From IMG/VR virus record IMGVR_UViG_3300044514_000023, positions 1 to 42,738 of that record: 42,738 nucleotides of DNA; one strand, written 5' to 3'. The position numbers and the translations under genes were made by a program. Every line of letters starts with the position of its first letter. The stretch's first letter is position 1. Under the pieces are notes generated by a model that ran no database searches, was not told where the DNA came from, and saw only the letters and a program-made list of their open reading frames with translations. Origin of the DNA: a virus. Lineage: Duplodnaviria; Caudoviricetes. This document shows, piece after piece, positions 17,807 to 27,391 of this stretch.

Positions 17807-17860
17807 AGGCCGACTCCCTTTCCCCGTACGGGGGGAGACGGGAAGTCGGCCTTTTCGTTT
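17807..17860 (+). terminator. Intrinsic terminator-like hairpin
   Basis: AGGCCGACT...AGTCGGCCT followed by TTTCGTTT. Confidence 0.65.
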
Positions 17861-17957
17861 GTTGGGCGTCCGCTCGGCCCGGCGGGAAGGGCCGGGCCAA
17901 GCGGGCTCCCGGTTCGGCGGTCTCCTTCCCAGGCCCGCCCAGAAGGAGACCGATCCT

Positions 17958-18458
17958 ATGGCAGCTCTTGCAGCGGATACCAACGGGTCAATCGTTGGCA
18001 CTCCGGTAATCGCCAAGTTCAGCGCGAACGCGGCCGACACGTTCTACCGAGGGGCCATCGTCTACATCGACACGGCCGGAGGCGCGCAGGTCACTTACGC
18101 GACCGGAGACCGCCCACTCGGCATCTCACCTAAGAATCAAGTCATCGCCGCGGCCGCCGACGAAGTCGAGGTCCTCATCGAGGGACTCGTGTGGCTCCCA
18201 GTAGGCGCCGCGGTAGCGGCGGCCGATGAGGGTGAGTTGCTGATAGCCGACGTATCTGCGACCCCCACGGACAATCCGGCCGACATGGTGTCCTTCGGAG
18301 ACACCGTGGCGTCCGACGTTCTGGCCGACAACGACGCGGTTGTAGGCCGGATCCTACGCGTGACAGCCACGCAGATGCTCGTTCGCATCGGCGGCGGCTG
18401 GACTGGCGCGCTCTACATCAACATCGCAACCACGCCGGCCTCCGGCTACTTCGCATAG
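17958..18458 (+). CDS. Capsid cement/decoration protein
   Basis: AAGGAG RBS; FYRGAIVYID...LGI...V.V..EG; immediately before the capsid gene. Confidence 0.7.
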   Translation: MAALAADTNGSIVGTPVIAKFSANAADTFYRGAIVYIDTAGGAQVTYATGDRPLGISPKNQVIAAAADEVEVLIEGLVWLPVGAAVAAADEGELLIADVSATPTDNPADMVSFGDTVASDVLADNDAVVGRILRVTATQMLVRIGGGWTGALYINIATTPASGYFA

Positions 18459-18467
18459 GAGGATGAG

Positions 18468-19403
18468 ATGCTAACCAGCGGAATCGCCCTCCTACTCAAG
18501 ACCGCCCAACAGAGTTTCTGGAACACGTACTACGCGATTCCAGACCCGTTCTCTGGCCTCGTCTACATGAGGCAATCAACGCAGAAGACCGACACCTACG
18601 CCTGGCTCGGCGGCGCGCCGATGCCAGAAGAGTGGGCCGGCGATGGCAACGTGAAGGTCGCCAACGAGTACAGCTACACTGGGAAGAACAAGGCGTGGAA
18701 GTCAGGAGTTCGCATCGACAAGGAGCTCATCAAGTTCCAGCAGTGGGACGAGATCGCCAGGCTGACCGGAAACCTGGGCGAGAAGGCCCGGGCGCACAAG
18801 ACGAAGAAGCTTAGCGATCTGCTCAACGCCGGCGTTACCACGCTCGGACCGGACGGGCAGCTCTTTTTCGACACCGATCACGCCTGGAGCGGCGCCGAGT
18901 ACACGACCTCGCAGGACAACGATCTAACCGGCACGGCTGCGACCGGAGCGACCCCGACCGACCTTGAGATGGCGACCGCGATCCGTGCTCAGTTCGACAA
19001 GCTGTTCAGCTACAAGGACGACCGAGGGGACCCGATGTATCCGCCGAGCGATGACCCTGCGAACTTCATTGTGATGGTTCCACCGGACTACCGATCCATC
19101 GCGATGCGGGTCCTCAAGGCGGACGCTCTCACTGGCCCGGTCGGTAACGACCTGCAAGGCACGTTCACCGTACGGGTCAACCCGTTCCTGACCGCCCCTG
19201 GCGCGACCGGCGCGTTCTACATGCTGTACGCCGGGAGCGGGCACAAGCCTCTGGTGATCCAGGAAGCTGGAGCACTCGACTTCGGGAACAACCTCGAAGG
19301 AGACGAGTTCCGTTCGTCTGGTAACGCCGTGTTCGACGCCTCCTGGTGGGGCGAGACGATCTACGGCCAGTGGGCAACGGCCGTCAGCTACATCTTCACC
19401 TAG
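18468..19403 (+). CDS. Major capsid protein (Mu-like gpT family)
   Basis: YAWLG..P...EW, N..W...V.I, DGQLFFDTDH, VPP, WATAV. Confidence 0.9.
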   Translation: MLTSGIALLLKTAQQSFWNTYYAIPDPFSGLVYMRQSTQKTDTYAWLGGAPMPEEWAGDGNVKVANEYSYTGKNKAWKSGVRIDKELIKFQQWDEIARLTGNLGEKARAHKTKKLSDLLNAGVTTLGPDGQLFFDTDHAWSGAEYTTSQDNDLTGTAATGATPTDLEMATAIRAQFDKLFSYKDDRGDPMYPPSDDPANFIVMVPPDYRSIAMRVLKADALTGPVGNDLQGTFTVRVNPFLTAPGATGAFYMLYAGSGHKPLVIQEAGALDFGNNLEGDEFRSSGNAVFDASWWGETIYGQWATAVSYIFT

Positions 19404-19451
19404 TCATCCCGGGGCGGGGGTAACGGCGCTCCCGCCCCTCACGAGGAGAGC

Positions 19452-19751
19452 ATGAGATTCCGAAACGACACCGACCTGGACGCTGCGCCGTTCGGCATCC
19501 ACCTAGCGAAGGGCTCGACCGTGGAGGTAGCGGACACGCTCGACCAGGCGAAGCTCGAATATCTCAGGCGCAACTTCACGGTCGTTTGGGAAAAGTCCGA
19601 GGCGGTCACGGAGGAGATGCCGTCGGTCCCGCGATCACTGGGTGAGTTGACGCTGCTTACCCTCCGGGACATCGCGAGAGAGCGCGGCTTGACCGGCATC
19701 TACCAGATGAGCAAGGGCGAGCTGATCGAGGCGCTAGAGGCGGCAGGATAG
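19452..19751 (+). CDS. Rho-N/HeH-domain head-associated protein
   Basis: LTLLTLRDIARERGLTGIYQMSKGELIEAL. Confidence 0.75.
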   Translation: MRFRNDTDLDAAPFGIHLAKGSTVEVADTLDQAKLEYLRRNFTVVWEKSEAVTEEMPSVPRSLGELTLLTLRDIARERGLTGIYQMSKGELIEALEAAG

Positions 19752-20222
19752 ATGGCCTACGACGACGCCGATGCCTTCTGCGCTCAAACCGACGTGGAGG
19801 CCCATGTAGGTAGAGGCGCATACACCGCGACCACGCAGCCCACAGGCCCCGAGGTACTAGATTTTATGGCCGAGCGGGCTGGGCAGATTCAGGCACGTCT
19901 GTCGGCCGTAGGCTACGCGGCCACCCCGGCCTCTGGATCCGCGCCGATCTCAACAGCGAGCGACGACGGGAAGGCCCTGGAACGCCTGGTCAGGAAGGTG
20001 AACGCGATGCTCGCCGCTGGTGACGTGGTGGCAGCGCACGACACGAGAGACGACCCGGAGGCCCCGCCGCCCGCCAAGGCGCTGTGGGAAGAGGGCTACA
20101 GGGTCTTGGGTGAGCTTCTGGCGTTCGCGGCCGGTGTACTCGCCGTGGCCCTTCGATCGAAGGTGAATAGCCCGCAGGAACTCGAAGTGGAAGACCTGAT
20201 TCACGTCACGCAGAAGTGGTGA
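19752..20222 (+). CDS. Head-tail adaptor (Mu gp36-like)
   Basis: FC...DV...I.ARL...GY..P pattern; position. Confidence 0.65.
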   Translation: MAYDDADAFCAQTDVEAHVGRGAYTATTQPTGPEVLDFMAERAGQIQARLSAVGYAATPASGSAPISTASDDGKALERLVRKVNAMLAAGDVVAAHDTRDDPEAPPPAKALWEEGYRVLGELLAFAAGVLAVALRSKVNSPQELEVEDLIHVTQKW

Positions 20223-20235
20223 CGGGGAGGAGTAG

Positions 20236-20583
20236 ATGCCCAGGACGAACGTTCCGGTCACGAGCACGAGTCGCACGAAGTTCCTGCTGGGGGCGTCCGG
20301 CACGGAAGTCAGCGGCGACTCGGCCAACAATCACGACTTCGCCAACGATGGCAAGACGCTGCTGTTGCTCCGCAACTCCGGCGTGACGACTCGCGTCTGC
20401 ACCGTCATAACCCAACCGACCGTTGACGGGGAGGCCGTGGCGGACAAAAGCGTCAGCCTGCTGAACGGCGAGCACGCCGTGGTGGGGCCGTTCCCTCCGA
20501 ACGTCTACGACTCGGCCGGCCGCGTGCAGGTGGACGTGCCACACGCGGAGGTCAAGCTCCAGGCGATCTCGCTCGGGACCTAG
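20236..20583 (+). CDS. Small beta-rich virion protein
   Basis: NDGKTLLLLRN...VGPFPPNVY; position. Confidence 0.6.
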   Translation: MPRTNVPVTSTSRTKFLLGASGTEVSGDSANNHDFANDGKTLLLLRNSGVTTRVCTVITQPTVDGEAVADKSVSLLNGEHAVVGPFPPNVYDSAGRVQVDVPHAEVKLQAISLGT

Positions 20584-20585
20584 CC

Positions 20586-21212
20586 GTGTTTGACGCCCGC
20601 TTGACGGTCGAGGGCCTGCGGGAGGCGCAAAGCGTCTTCGGCAGGATCCAGCAGGAGGCGGCAAGGTCGCAGCGCACCAGGGATCTGTCCGGAGCGCTTG
20701 CGCTAGACCTCGCAGCAGCTCTCGACGCCGGCAAGGCGCTGGACGCCGGCTTCCGGATCGCGGAGGAGCGGCTGTTCCAGACCGAGGGAGCGTCCGGAGC
20801 GGGCAAGTGGGCTCCGCTGTCGCCTCGGCACAAGAGGCGCAAGGATCTCCTTTTCGCGGGCTCGGTCAGGACGAAGAAGCCTCGAGGCTTCCTCGCGTCT
20901 ATTGGCGGAAAGTCCGTTCGGCTCCGGCAGAACCGGATACTCACTCTCACCGGTAGGCTCCGCGAGTCGCTAGCCAAGGAAGGCCCGGAGCACATCCGGG
21001 ATGTTTTCCGACTAGGCGGACGCTGGTACGTGCGGATGGGTACGAGTGTTCCTTACGCGCTCTTCCACCATCGGGGCGGTCGCCATCTGCCTGTCCGTGA
21101 CCCCATAGGTCTCGGCAGTCGCGACCTGGACGAGATGGCGGCGCGCGGGACGAAGGCGCTCCGACCTCATGTCCTGCGTCGCGTTCGGCTGCTAACGAGG
21201 ACGGGCCGATGA
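20586..21212 (+). CDS. Virion morphogenesis/neck protein (Mu gpG-like)
   Basis: F..EG...WAPLSP, LTLTGRLRES, GTSVPYALFHHRGG. Confidence 0.8.
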   Translation: MFDARLTVEGLREAQSVFGRIQQEAARSQRTRDLSGALALDLAAALDAGKALDAGFRIAEERLFQTEGASGAGKWAPLSPRHKRRKDLLFAGSVRTKKPRGFLASIGGKSVRLRQNRILTLTGRLRESLAKEGPEHIRDVFRLGGRWYVRMGTSVPYALFHHRGGRHLPVRDPIGLGSRDLDEMAARGTKALRPHVLRRVRLLTRTGR

Positions 21213-22133
21213 ATGCTGCCGATCATCGACATCGTGACGAATGGCGACCTAGAGGACGGCGTGGCTCCGTTCGAGCTGGAAGGCTCGGCTGTCTACACGA
21301 ACGCGAAGGCGTACGACGGTTCCTTCTCGGTGGAGCTGATCCGCTCCGCCGGACTTGGTCTGCCGGCCATCCGCTACGAGAACCTGACGCCGCTCGTGGC
21401 CGGCTGGGAGGCGACGCTCGGTTTCGCCGCGCACGACGGGGACGCGGTCCAGCCGCTGGTCGTTCAGATCGACTTCGGAGACGGCTCCCTCGTCAACTAT
21501 CACTCGGTGACCAAAGTCGGGTCGAGCTGGAGGCTGTTCTCCATCCCGTTCACGCCGATAGCCCCAGTCTGCCGGTTCAGGCTGCTCACTACCGGACCGA
21601 ACCTGAAAGGCTGGTACGTGGACGCATTCTCTTGCCTGACGCCTTCGAGGGTACTGATGGCCACTGAACTGCAGGCGCTCGAAAAGCTGAGCTTGGCGCT
21701 CCAGGAGATCAACGGCCCGCCTCAGTACAACTTCTCGCTCGGCGGCGTCCACATGGAGCACCGCCGGCCGAAGGAACGGAAGGGATGGAAGCTCCCTTAC
21801 CTATGCCTGCCACAAGCCGGCGAGGTTACGGCGCCGAAGATTTTCGAGCGCGGTCTCGTGGAACTCACTCTGAAGCAATCCATCGTCGGATACGTAGAGG
21901 ACACGGTCCTACAGGGCCACGACAGTCAACTCGTCATGATCGCCACGCTTCTCCGTCAAGACATCTGGAACGCTCTGCTGGGAGACCTGCGTCTAGGTGG
22001 CGCGGTCCACGATCTCAAAGTCGCGAGCGTCCGCAGCGAAGCAGGGACCGACCCGGAGCAACGGCACGCGGAGGTCTGGTTCGTGCTGGACCTGAACATC
22101 GCGTTTCAGCGGAGCGACCTGCCTCCGCAGTAG
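21213..22133 (+). CDS. Carbohydrate-binding-like domain fused to probable tail terminator
   Basis: NGDLEDG...AYDGSFS...W..FSIPFT...WYVDAF (CBM4/9-like), then a terminator-sized domain from M at 21657. Confidence 0.55.
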   Translation: MLPIIDIVTNGDLEDGVAPFELEGSAVYTNAKAYDGSFSVELIRSAGLGLPAIRYENLTPLVAGWEATLGFAAHDGDAVQPLVVQIDFGDGSLVNYHSVTKVGSSWRLFSIPFTPIAPVCRFRLLTTGPNLKGWYVDAFSCLTPSRVLMATELQALEKLSLALQEINGPPQYNFSLGGVHMEHRRPKERKGWKLPYLCLPQAGEVTAPKIFERGLVELTLKQSIVGYVEDTVLQGHDSQLVMIATLLRQDIWNALLGDLRLGGAVHDLKVASVRSEAGTDPEQRHAEVWFVLDLNIAFQRSDLPPQ

Positions 22134-22141
22134 AGGTCAGG

Positions 22142-22534
22142 ATGGCAAAGTTTCTCGTCTTTTCGGGCATACGCGCTCCAAGCCGAACCTGGTTCGAGAC
22201 GCGGCGCTCGAAGAACGTGCTCGACACGCTGGAGTTCTATGAGGGGCAGCCGATTCCCGACGAGGTTGTGCATGAGTTCCAGGCGCTCAGGGCCGATTCG
22301 ACGCGCGCGACGATTGCTCCTAACGGAGGCTGGATAGCTACCTCGGACTTCGAACTTCGGCGCGTCGAGACCATAGGTGGGGACATCGTCGCGGCCCACC
22401 CTGGCCAGGCGTTCCCTCTCGCCTACGTATCGGACGAACACATTGCCTACCACATCGGCAACGGAAACGCACGGATCACCGAAACGGCGCCTAGCGCGCC
22501 TACAGCGCCAACCGAAGAGATCGAGGAGCCATAA
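22142..22534 (+). CDS. Hypothetical protein
   Basis: GAGG RBS; between neck and tail tube genes. Confidence 0.6.
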   Translation: MAKFLVFSGIRAPSRTWFETRRSKNVLDTLEFYEGQPIPDEVVHEFQALRADSTRATIAPNGGWIATSDFELRRVETIGGDIVAAHPGQAFPLAYVSDEHIAYHIGNGNARITETAPSAPTAPTEEIEEP

Positions 22535-22567
22535 CGCCCGGCAGGCCGGGACAGAAAAGGAGAGACC

Positions 22568-23092
22568 ATGGCGACTGACAGCACTCTACTCCAGATCGGC
22601 CCGGCCATCGTGTCGGTCGGAGCGTACGTCACGGCTGGTGGGGCCGGTACGCTTGTCGACGCGGGGCACACCTCGGAGCCGGTGGAGATACCGTACGCGC
22701 TGGAGACTATCGACCGCACGTCGGAGAGGTCTCTTGGCGTCATCGCCACGAAGATCACCGGGCAGGTCATCTCGATCAACATCCCGACGCTCGAGTGTAA
22801 GCCAGAGCACGTACGGATCTTCATGGCGCAGCCAGCCGCGAACCTCACGGGAGGAACCCTCGAGGTCGGCGACGCGGTCACGCAGTACCATCAGATCCAG
22901 CTCGTGCAGAATGAAGACGTGGCCGCTCCGTACACCTCGCTGACGATCACGCTCTGGCGCTGCCAGCTCGCGGAGTTCCAGCCGCTACGGTTCGGCAAGG
23001 GCGAGTGGACGATCCTGCGCGGCGTCTTCCGCGTGCTTCGCGACGACTCTGTGGCCGCGGCAGGCAAGTACATGAAGGCCGTCTGGGCATAG
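22568..23092 (+). CDS. Major tail tube protein
   Basis: AGGAG RBS; LQIGPA...GHT...; size and position. Confidence 0.7.
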   Translation: MATDSTLLQIGPAIVSVGAYVTAGGAGTLVDAGHTSEPVEIPYALETIDRTSERSLGVIATKITGQVISINIPTLECKPEHVRIFMAQPAANLTGGTLEVGDAVTQYHQIQLVQNEDVAAPYTSLTITLWRCQLAEFQPLRFGKGEWTILRGVFRVLRDDSVAAAGKYMKAVWA

Positions 23093-23096
23093 GGCC

Positions 23097-23681
23097 ATGT
23101 TCGCCGACCTCATCAGTCGGCGGCGAGTCGTCCAGCACCGAGGCCGCCGCTACACGGTTCTGGCGCCGACGCTCGCCACGCTCTGGACGTTTCTCGATCG
23201 CTACGGCGGCGCCTTGGCTGGGCTAGAGTCGGGCTTTCGCGACGACCCGGCGCTGGTCCCATCGTCGGAGGCGTGCGCCCAGGCGCTTCTGCTGGGCGTG
23301 CTTCTCGCCGATCTGGACGGAGCGGAGGAAGTGCTCGGCACCTGCACGGAGGACGACCCGGAGGATGCGGCTGTGCCCGACTGCGTGCGCGCCATGGTCT
23401 CGCTGCTGGCCGTTCTGTCGGTCGCGCGCTCGCTGCAGCGGTCCTACCGGAGGTCCTCCGGGATGGGAGAGGACGGGCTCTTCCTCGTCTCGGTCGAGCT
23501 TGCTGAGCGGTTCGGCGTCTCTCCGATGGAGGTCGCGAACGGCTGGCCTCTGGCGGCGGTCGTGGCGCTGACGGAGGTCAGGCGCGACCAAGGGTCAGCG
23601 ATCAAGGCGACGCCGCTCTCCATGGCCTCCATTCCTGGATTCGCCGGTATCGGGGTGAAGAAGCGACCGCTGGTGAACTAG
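23097..23681 (+). CDS. Tail assembly chaperone
   Basis: Between tube and tape measure; LAERFGVSPMEV...W. Confidence 0.6.
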   Translation: MFADLISRRRVVQHRGRRYTVLAPTLATLWTFLDRYGGALAGLESGFRDDPALVPSSEACAQALLLGVLLADLDGAEEVLGTCTEDDPEDAAVPDCVRAMVSLLAVLSVARSLQRSYRRSSGMGEDGLFLVSVELAERFGVSPMEVANGWPLAAVVALTEVRRDQGSAIKATPLSMASIPGFAGIGVKKRPLVN

Positions 23682-26600
23682 ATGGCCGAAGAACTTACCA
23701 TCCGCGCGGCAATCGAGATCCTCATGAAGGGCGATGGAGGGGCCCGCGCATCCGCCGCTCTCAAGCGGATCGAGGAGGAGGCCAAGAAGGCCGGCGTCGA
23801 GGTCGGAGCGCTCGGCGCGAAGGCGGGCGGGGCCGCCAAGGGTGTTGATCAGGTAGGCCAAGCTGGCGAGAAGACCGGGCAGGCGCTAGGGACAGCATCT
23901 GAGGAGGCGCAGCGGCTAGGGCAGGCGCTTCGAGGAGCGACCGAGGAGGACCGCCGGCAGGCCGCGCAGCAGCTCGCCGAGTCGTTCGGCCGTCTTGGCG
24001 AGGAACTGAAACGGACTGGCGAGGGCGCTCAGGGCCTTCAGCTCGCCGACCGTTTCACCCGACAACTCGCCGAGTCCGGCGGGCCGATCCAGCAGCAACT
24101 CGTCCCGGCGGTCACCCGCTTCCTGGGGATCACCAGGGAGCTTCCAGGCTCGCTCGCGGCGGTCAAGCTGTCGGTGGATCTGTCGAAGGAAGCGAACGTG
24201 TCCTTCGCAGACGCGGCCCGGGGAGTTGCGGCGGTCCTCAAGGGAGATGTGCGGGTCGCGGCCGAAGCTCTGGGGGTAGCACTCCGCAATCAGAACGGTC
24301 AACTCCGGCAGGAAGCGGAGATACTGGCCGAGCTGAGAGGCAAGTATGGGGACCTTGCAAGCCGCGCCCAGGGAGCGCGCGCGGAGGTAGATCGGTTCTC
24401 GCGTGCGACGACGGAAGCTACTCGCACACAGGGCCGTATGGCCGAAAGCCTCAAGACGCTCGGCCGTCAACTGCTCGGGTTCTTCGGGCTGTTCCAGGCG
24501 CTCCGGTTTGGTCGGGAAGCGGTTCGAGAATTCGCGGCAATCGAGCGCGGCTTCAACGCCATCCGCATCGTCATGCGGAATCTTGGGCTCGATGCCGAGA
24601 AGGAGCTTCCAAAGGTAGAAGACCGGTTGAGAGCAATCCAGGACGCCGGCGATGGTCTGCTTCGCGAGACCATCCCTGTTTTCCAGAAGTTCATCGGCAT
24701 CACTAGGGACACCGACGCCGCGCTGGCCGCGACCGGGCTCGCCGCGAACATCGCCGAGTCTGGCTTCGTGGACGTTGGTACGGCCGCGCAGGCGCTCGCG
24801 TTGGTGATACAAGGGCAGGGAGTCCGAGCGCTAAGCAGTCTCGGGATTCAGCTTCGAGGAGTCAACGCGGAAACAGCTACGAACGCCGAGATTGTCGAGG
24901 CTCTGTTTGCTCAGTATGGCAACCTGGCGGACTCGCTCAAGGACACCACGGACGCGATAGACAGGCAGGCAGCGGCGTGGTCGAACCTCAAGGAGTTGGT
25001 TGGCTCCGCTCTCGCTCCGGCCGTGACGGTCACGTCTGGCGCTCTGTCAGCGCTCATCAAGGGATTCCAGGGGCTAGGCGCGATCATCGGGACGGACATT
25101 GGGGTAATCATCGCCGCGTTCGAGAATCTTGGGAGCGTGCTGGCTGCGACGTTCGACTTCCGGAAGCTGTTCGTGGAAGGTCCGGCCAAGTACCGCGCGG
25201 AGTTGACGCGCGTGCTCGCCGAGGCGGCTGCTGACGTGTCCGCCGCCTTGGAGGGTGGCCTATCTGAGCTGGATAGCATCTACCGCAAGCGCGGACAAGT
25301 GAGCGCTACCGCCGAAGCCGAGGCACGCAAGACTTTAGAGGACATCGCGCGCCGAAAGGCAGCCGAGGAGGACGCCAAGGAGGCGGCGAAGCTGGCCGAG
25401 CAACGGAAGGACTTCGAGCGCGACCTCGCGGCCGACCTGGCGGCGATCCGCGCGGAAGGCGCACAGACCGGCACGCGCGAGCGGCTGGACGCCGAGCTGT
25501 CGGCGCTGGAGATCGAGCGGACAGCCAGGCTGGAAGAGGCGAAGAAGCTGCACGCGGATCTGGCGAAGGTCAACGAGGCGTTCGACGCCGAGCGGGTCCG
25601 GAGGCTGGACGATTTCAACCGCACGCGCGCAGAGCGGGCCAGAGAGGCTGAGATCGCCGTCCTGGAGGCACAGATCGCGACAGCCGAGGAGGGGAGCCAG
25701 CGACGGCTCGACCTGGAGCTGGAGCTGCTGGACCGGGAGTACGATGCGAAGATCGCGGCGGCCGAGGCGGCCGAGGAGGACATCACCGCCCTACAGCTCG
25801 CGCACGCTCTGGCCAGGGCGGACAAGGCCGCAATTTTCGCAGAGGCCGGGGCGCAGGCTGAGATAGATTCGCTGCGCTCTCTAGGCGAGGCCAGGGCCGA
25901 CGCCGAGGCGGCCGATCTAGAATTGAGGATCGCCAGCGCGAAGATCGCTCACGAGCAGACGCTAGGACTCGACCGAGAGCTGATTCAGCTCGAAGCGGAC
26001 GAACGCAAGCGCGCGATCCTGGCGGAGGAAGAAGACGACATTGCTCGCGTAGAACACAAGCGCGACCTGGCGATAGAGCAGATCGAGATTGCGAAGCAGA
26101 TCGGAATAGCGAACCTACGCGCCTCTCTGGCCAGTGATGAGCAGATAGCCGAAGCTTCGGCTGAGTTCGAGAGTCAAAAGGTAGAGCTTCGAGAAGAGAC
26201 AGACAAGCAAATCACCCGCGTTCATGAGCGCACATCTGCTAGGCTACAGGCGGTCACCTCGCGGACCAACAAGGCCATCATCGAGCTGGAGAAGGCGACC
26301 GCTGAGGCTCGTAAGCAGCAATTCATCCAATCGGCCAACACGATACTCGGTGCGCTGACGACGCTCTTCCCCAAGAGCAAGGCGATCGCCATCGCGCTGG
26401 CGCTAATCAACACATACGAAGCGGTTACCAAGGCGTTTGCCCAGGGCGGCATCTTCGGATTGATCACCGGGGCGATCATGCTCGCGGCTGGACTCAAGCA
26501 GGTGGCGAACATTCAGAAGACCAACATCGGGACCTCCTCTGGTGGTGCGAGTGTAGGCGGGCAAGCCCAGGCTCCGGCGAGCTCGGCGGTTCCGGCTGCG

Positions 26601-27002
26601 GTCGTGCGTGGCGGTGAATCCGCGCCAGGGACCAGGCCTACTCGACAGGAACCGGAAACACCGGAGCGACGGCGCCAGACCGTACCGCTCAGGCTCACAC
26701 GTGGCGGCTTCGATGAACCAGAGAGTGACGAGCTGGCTCGGCGCACGGGCCGTCGCTGGGCCGACGACTTGCTACGCGAGGTCGGGCGCGGAATGTTCGC
26801 TAGGTTGCAGGAGACGCGCCTACAGCCGCCCTCTAACGCCATCACGAACGACAACCGAAGTAGCACAAGCAACGCGTTCGACCAGCGTGAGGAGTTCCAC
26901 TTCCACGGCCTGACGGTGCTTGGCAAGCGCTCGGAGTTCCGTCGGGCCGTCCGTGAGATCCAGCGTGAGTCAGTCCGAGACCAACCGAGGAGGATGAGGT
27001 AA
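23682..27002 (+). CDS. Tape measure protein
   Basis: 1106 aa, A/E/R-rich helical, hydrophobic segments, KAIAIALALINTYEAVTKA. Confidence 0.9.
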   Translation: MAEELTIRAAIEILMKGDGGARASAALKRIEEEAKKAGVEVGALGAKAGGAAKGVDQVGQAGEKTGQALGTASEEAQRLGQALRGATEEDRRQAAQQLAESFGRLGEELKRTGEGAQGLQLADRFTRQLAESGGPIQQQLVPAVTRFLGITRELPGSLAAVKLSVDLSKEANVSFADAARGVAAVLKGDVRVAAEALGVALRNQNGQLRQEAEILAELRGKYGDLASRAQGARAEVDRFSRATTEATRTQGRMAESLKTLGRQLLGFFGLFQALRFGREAVREFAAIERGFNAIRIVMRNLGLDAEKELPKVEDRLRAIQDAGDGLLRETIPVFQKFIGITRDTDAALAATGLAANIAESGFVDVGTAAQALALVIQGQGVRALSSLGIQLRGVNAETATNAEIVEALFAQYGNLADSLKDTTDAIDRQAAAWSNLKELVGSALAPAVTVTSGALSALIKGFQGLGAIIGTDIGVIIAAFENLGSVLAATFDFRKLFVEGPAKYRAELTRVLAEAAADVSAALEGGLSELDSIYRKRGQVSATAEAEARKTLEDIARRKAAEEDAKEAAKLAEQRKDFERDLAADLAAIRAEGAQTGTRERLDAELSALEIERTARLEEAKKLHADLAKVNEAFDAERVRRLDDFNRTRAERAREAEIAVLEAQIATAEEGSQRRLDLELELLDREYDAKIAAAEAAEEDITALQLAHALARADKAAIFAEAGAQAEIDSLRSLGEARADAEAADLELRIASAKIAHEQTLGLDRELIQLEADERKRAILAEEEDDIARVEHKRDLAIEQIEIAKQIGIANLRASLASDEQIAEASAEFESQKVELREETDKQITRVHERTSARLQAVTSRTNKAIIELEKATAEARKQQFIQSANTILGALTTLFPKSKAIAIALALINTYEAVTKAFAQGGIFGLITGAIMLAAGLKQVANIQKTNIGTSSGGASVGGQAQAPASSAVPAAVVRGGESAPGTRPTRQEPETPERRRQTVPLRLTRGGFDEPESDELARRTGRRWADDLLREVGRGMFARLQETRLQPPSNAITNDNRSSTSNAFDQREEFHFHGLTVLGKRSEFRRAVREIQRESVRDQPRRMR

Positions 27003-27388
27003 TGGCTGTCCAATCTCTAGCCCTGCAAGCGAGCGCAACGCAGACCGCGACCGGGAACGGCGCCTGGTTCGCGGCCAACACCGCGACTATGCTCTCGCTG
27101 CTCGCGGACATCACGGCTGGCGTGGCGATCACCGACTTCGACCTCTGGCTCGAGGGGACGAACGACAAGAGCCAGGCCGCCGGCTACCCAATCCAGGCCG
27201 ATCAGGTCTGCGGTCCCGGCAGGACCGCATCGACGAACAACCGGATAGAGGTGGTGCTAAACAAGAGCACGACCACGGCCGAGAAGTTCTCCGCGCTGTT
27301 CAAACACCTACCGTGGGCCTTCGTCCGGGTCGCCTGGGCGTTGACCGGTACGTCCGTGACCTTCTCGGCCACCGCGACCGTGAAGTGA
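27002..27388 (+). CDS. Small beta-sandwich virion protein
   Basis: T/A-rich, FVRVAWALTGTSVTFS; GAGGT RBS. Confidence 0.6.
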   Translation: MAVQSLALQASATQTATGNGAWFAANTATMLSLLADITAGVAITDFDLWLEGTNDKSQAAGYPIQADQVCGPGRTASTNNRIEVVLNKSTTTAEKFSALFKHLPWAFVRVAWALTGTSVTFSATATVK

Positions 27389-27391
27389 GCG

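Noticed and set aside
23097-23681. Programmed frameshift in tail chaperone
   Set aside because: One ORF fills the gap from tail tube to tape measure; no clear slippery heptamer or second frame is needed
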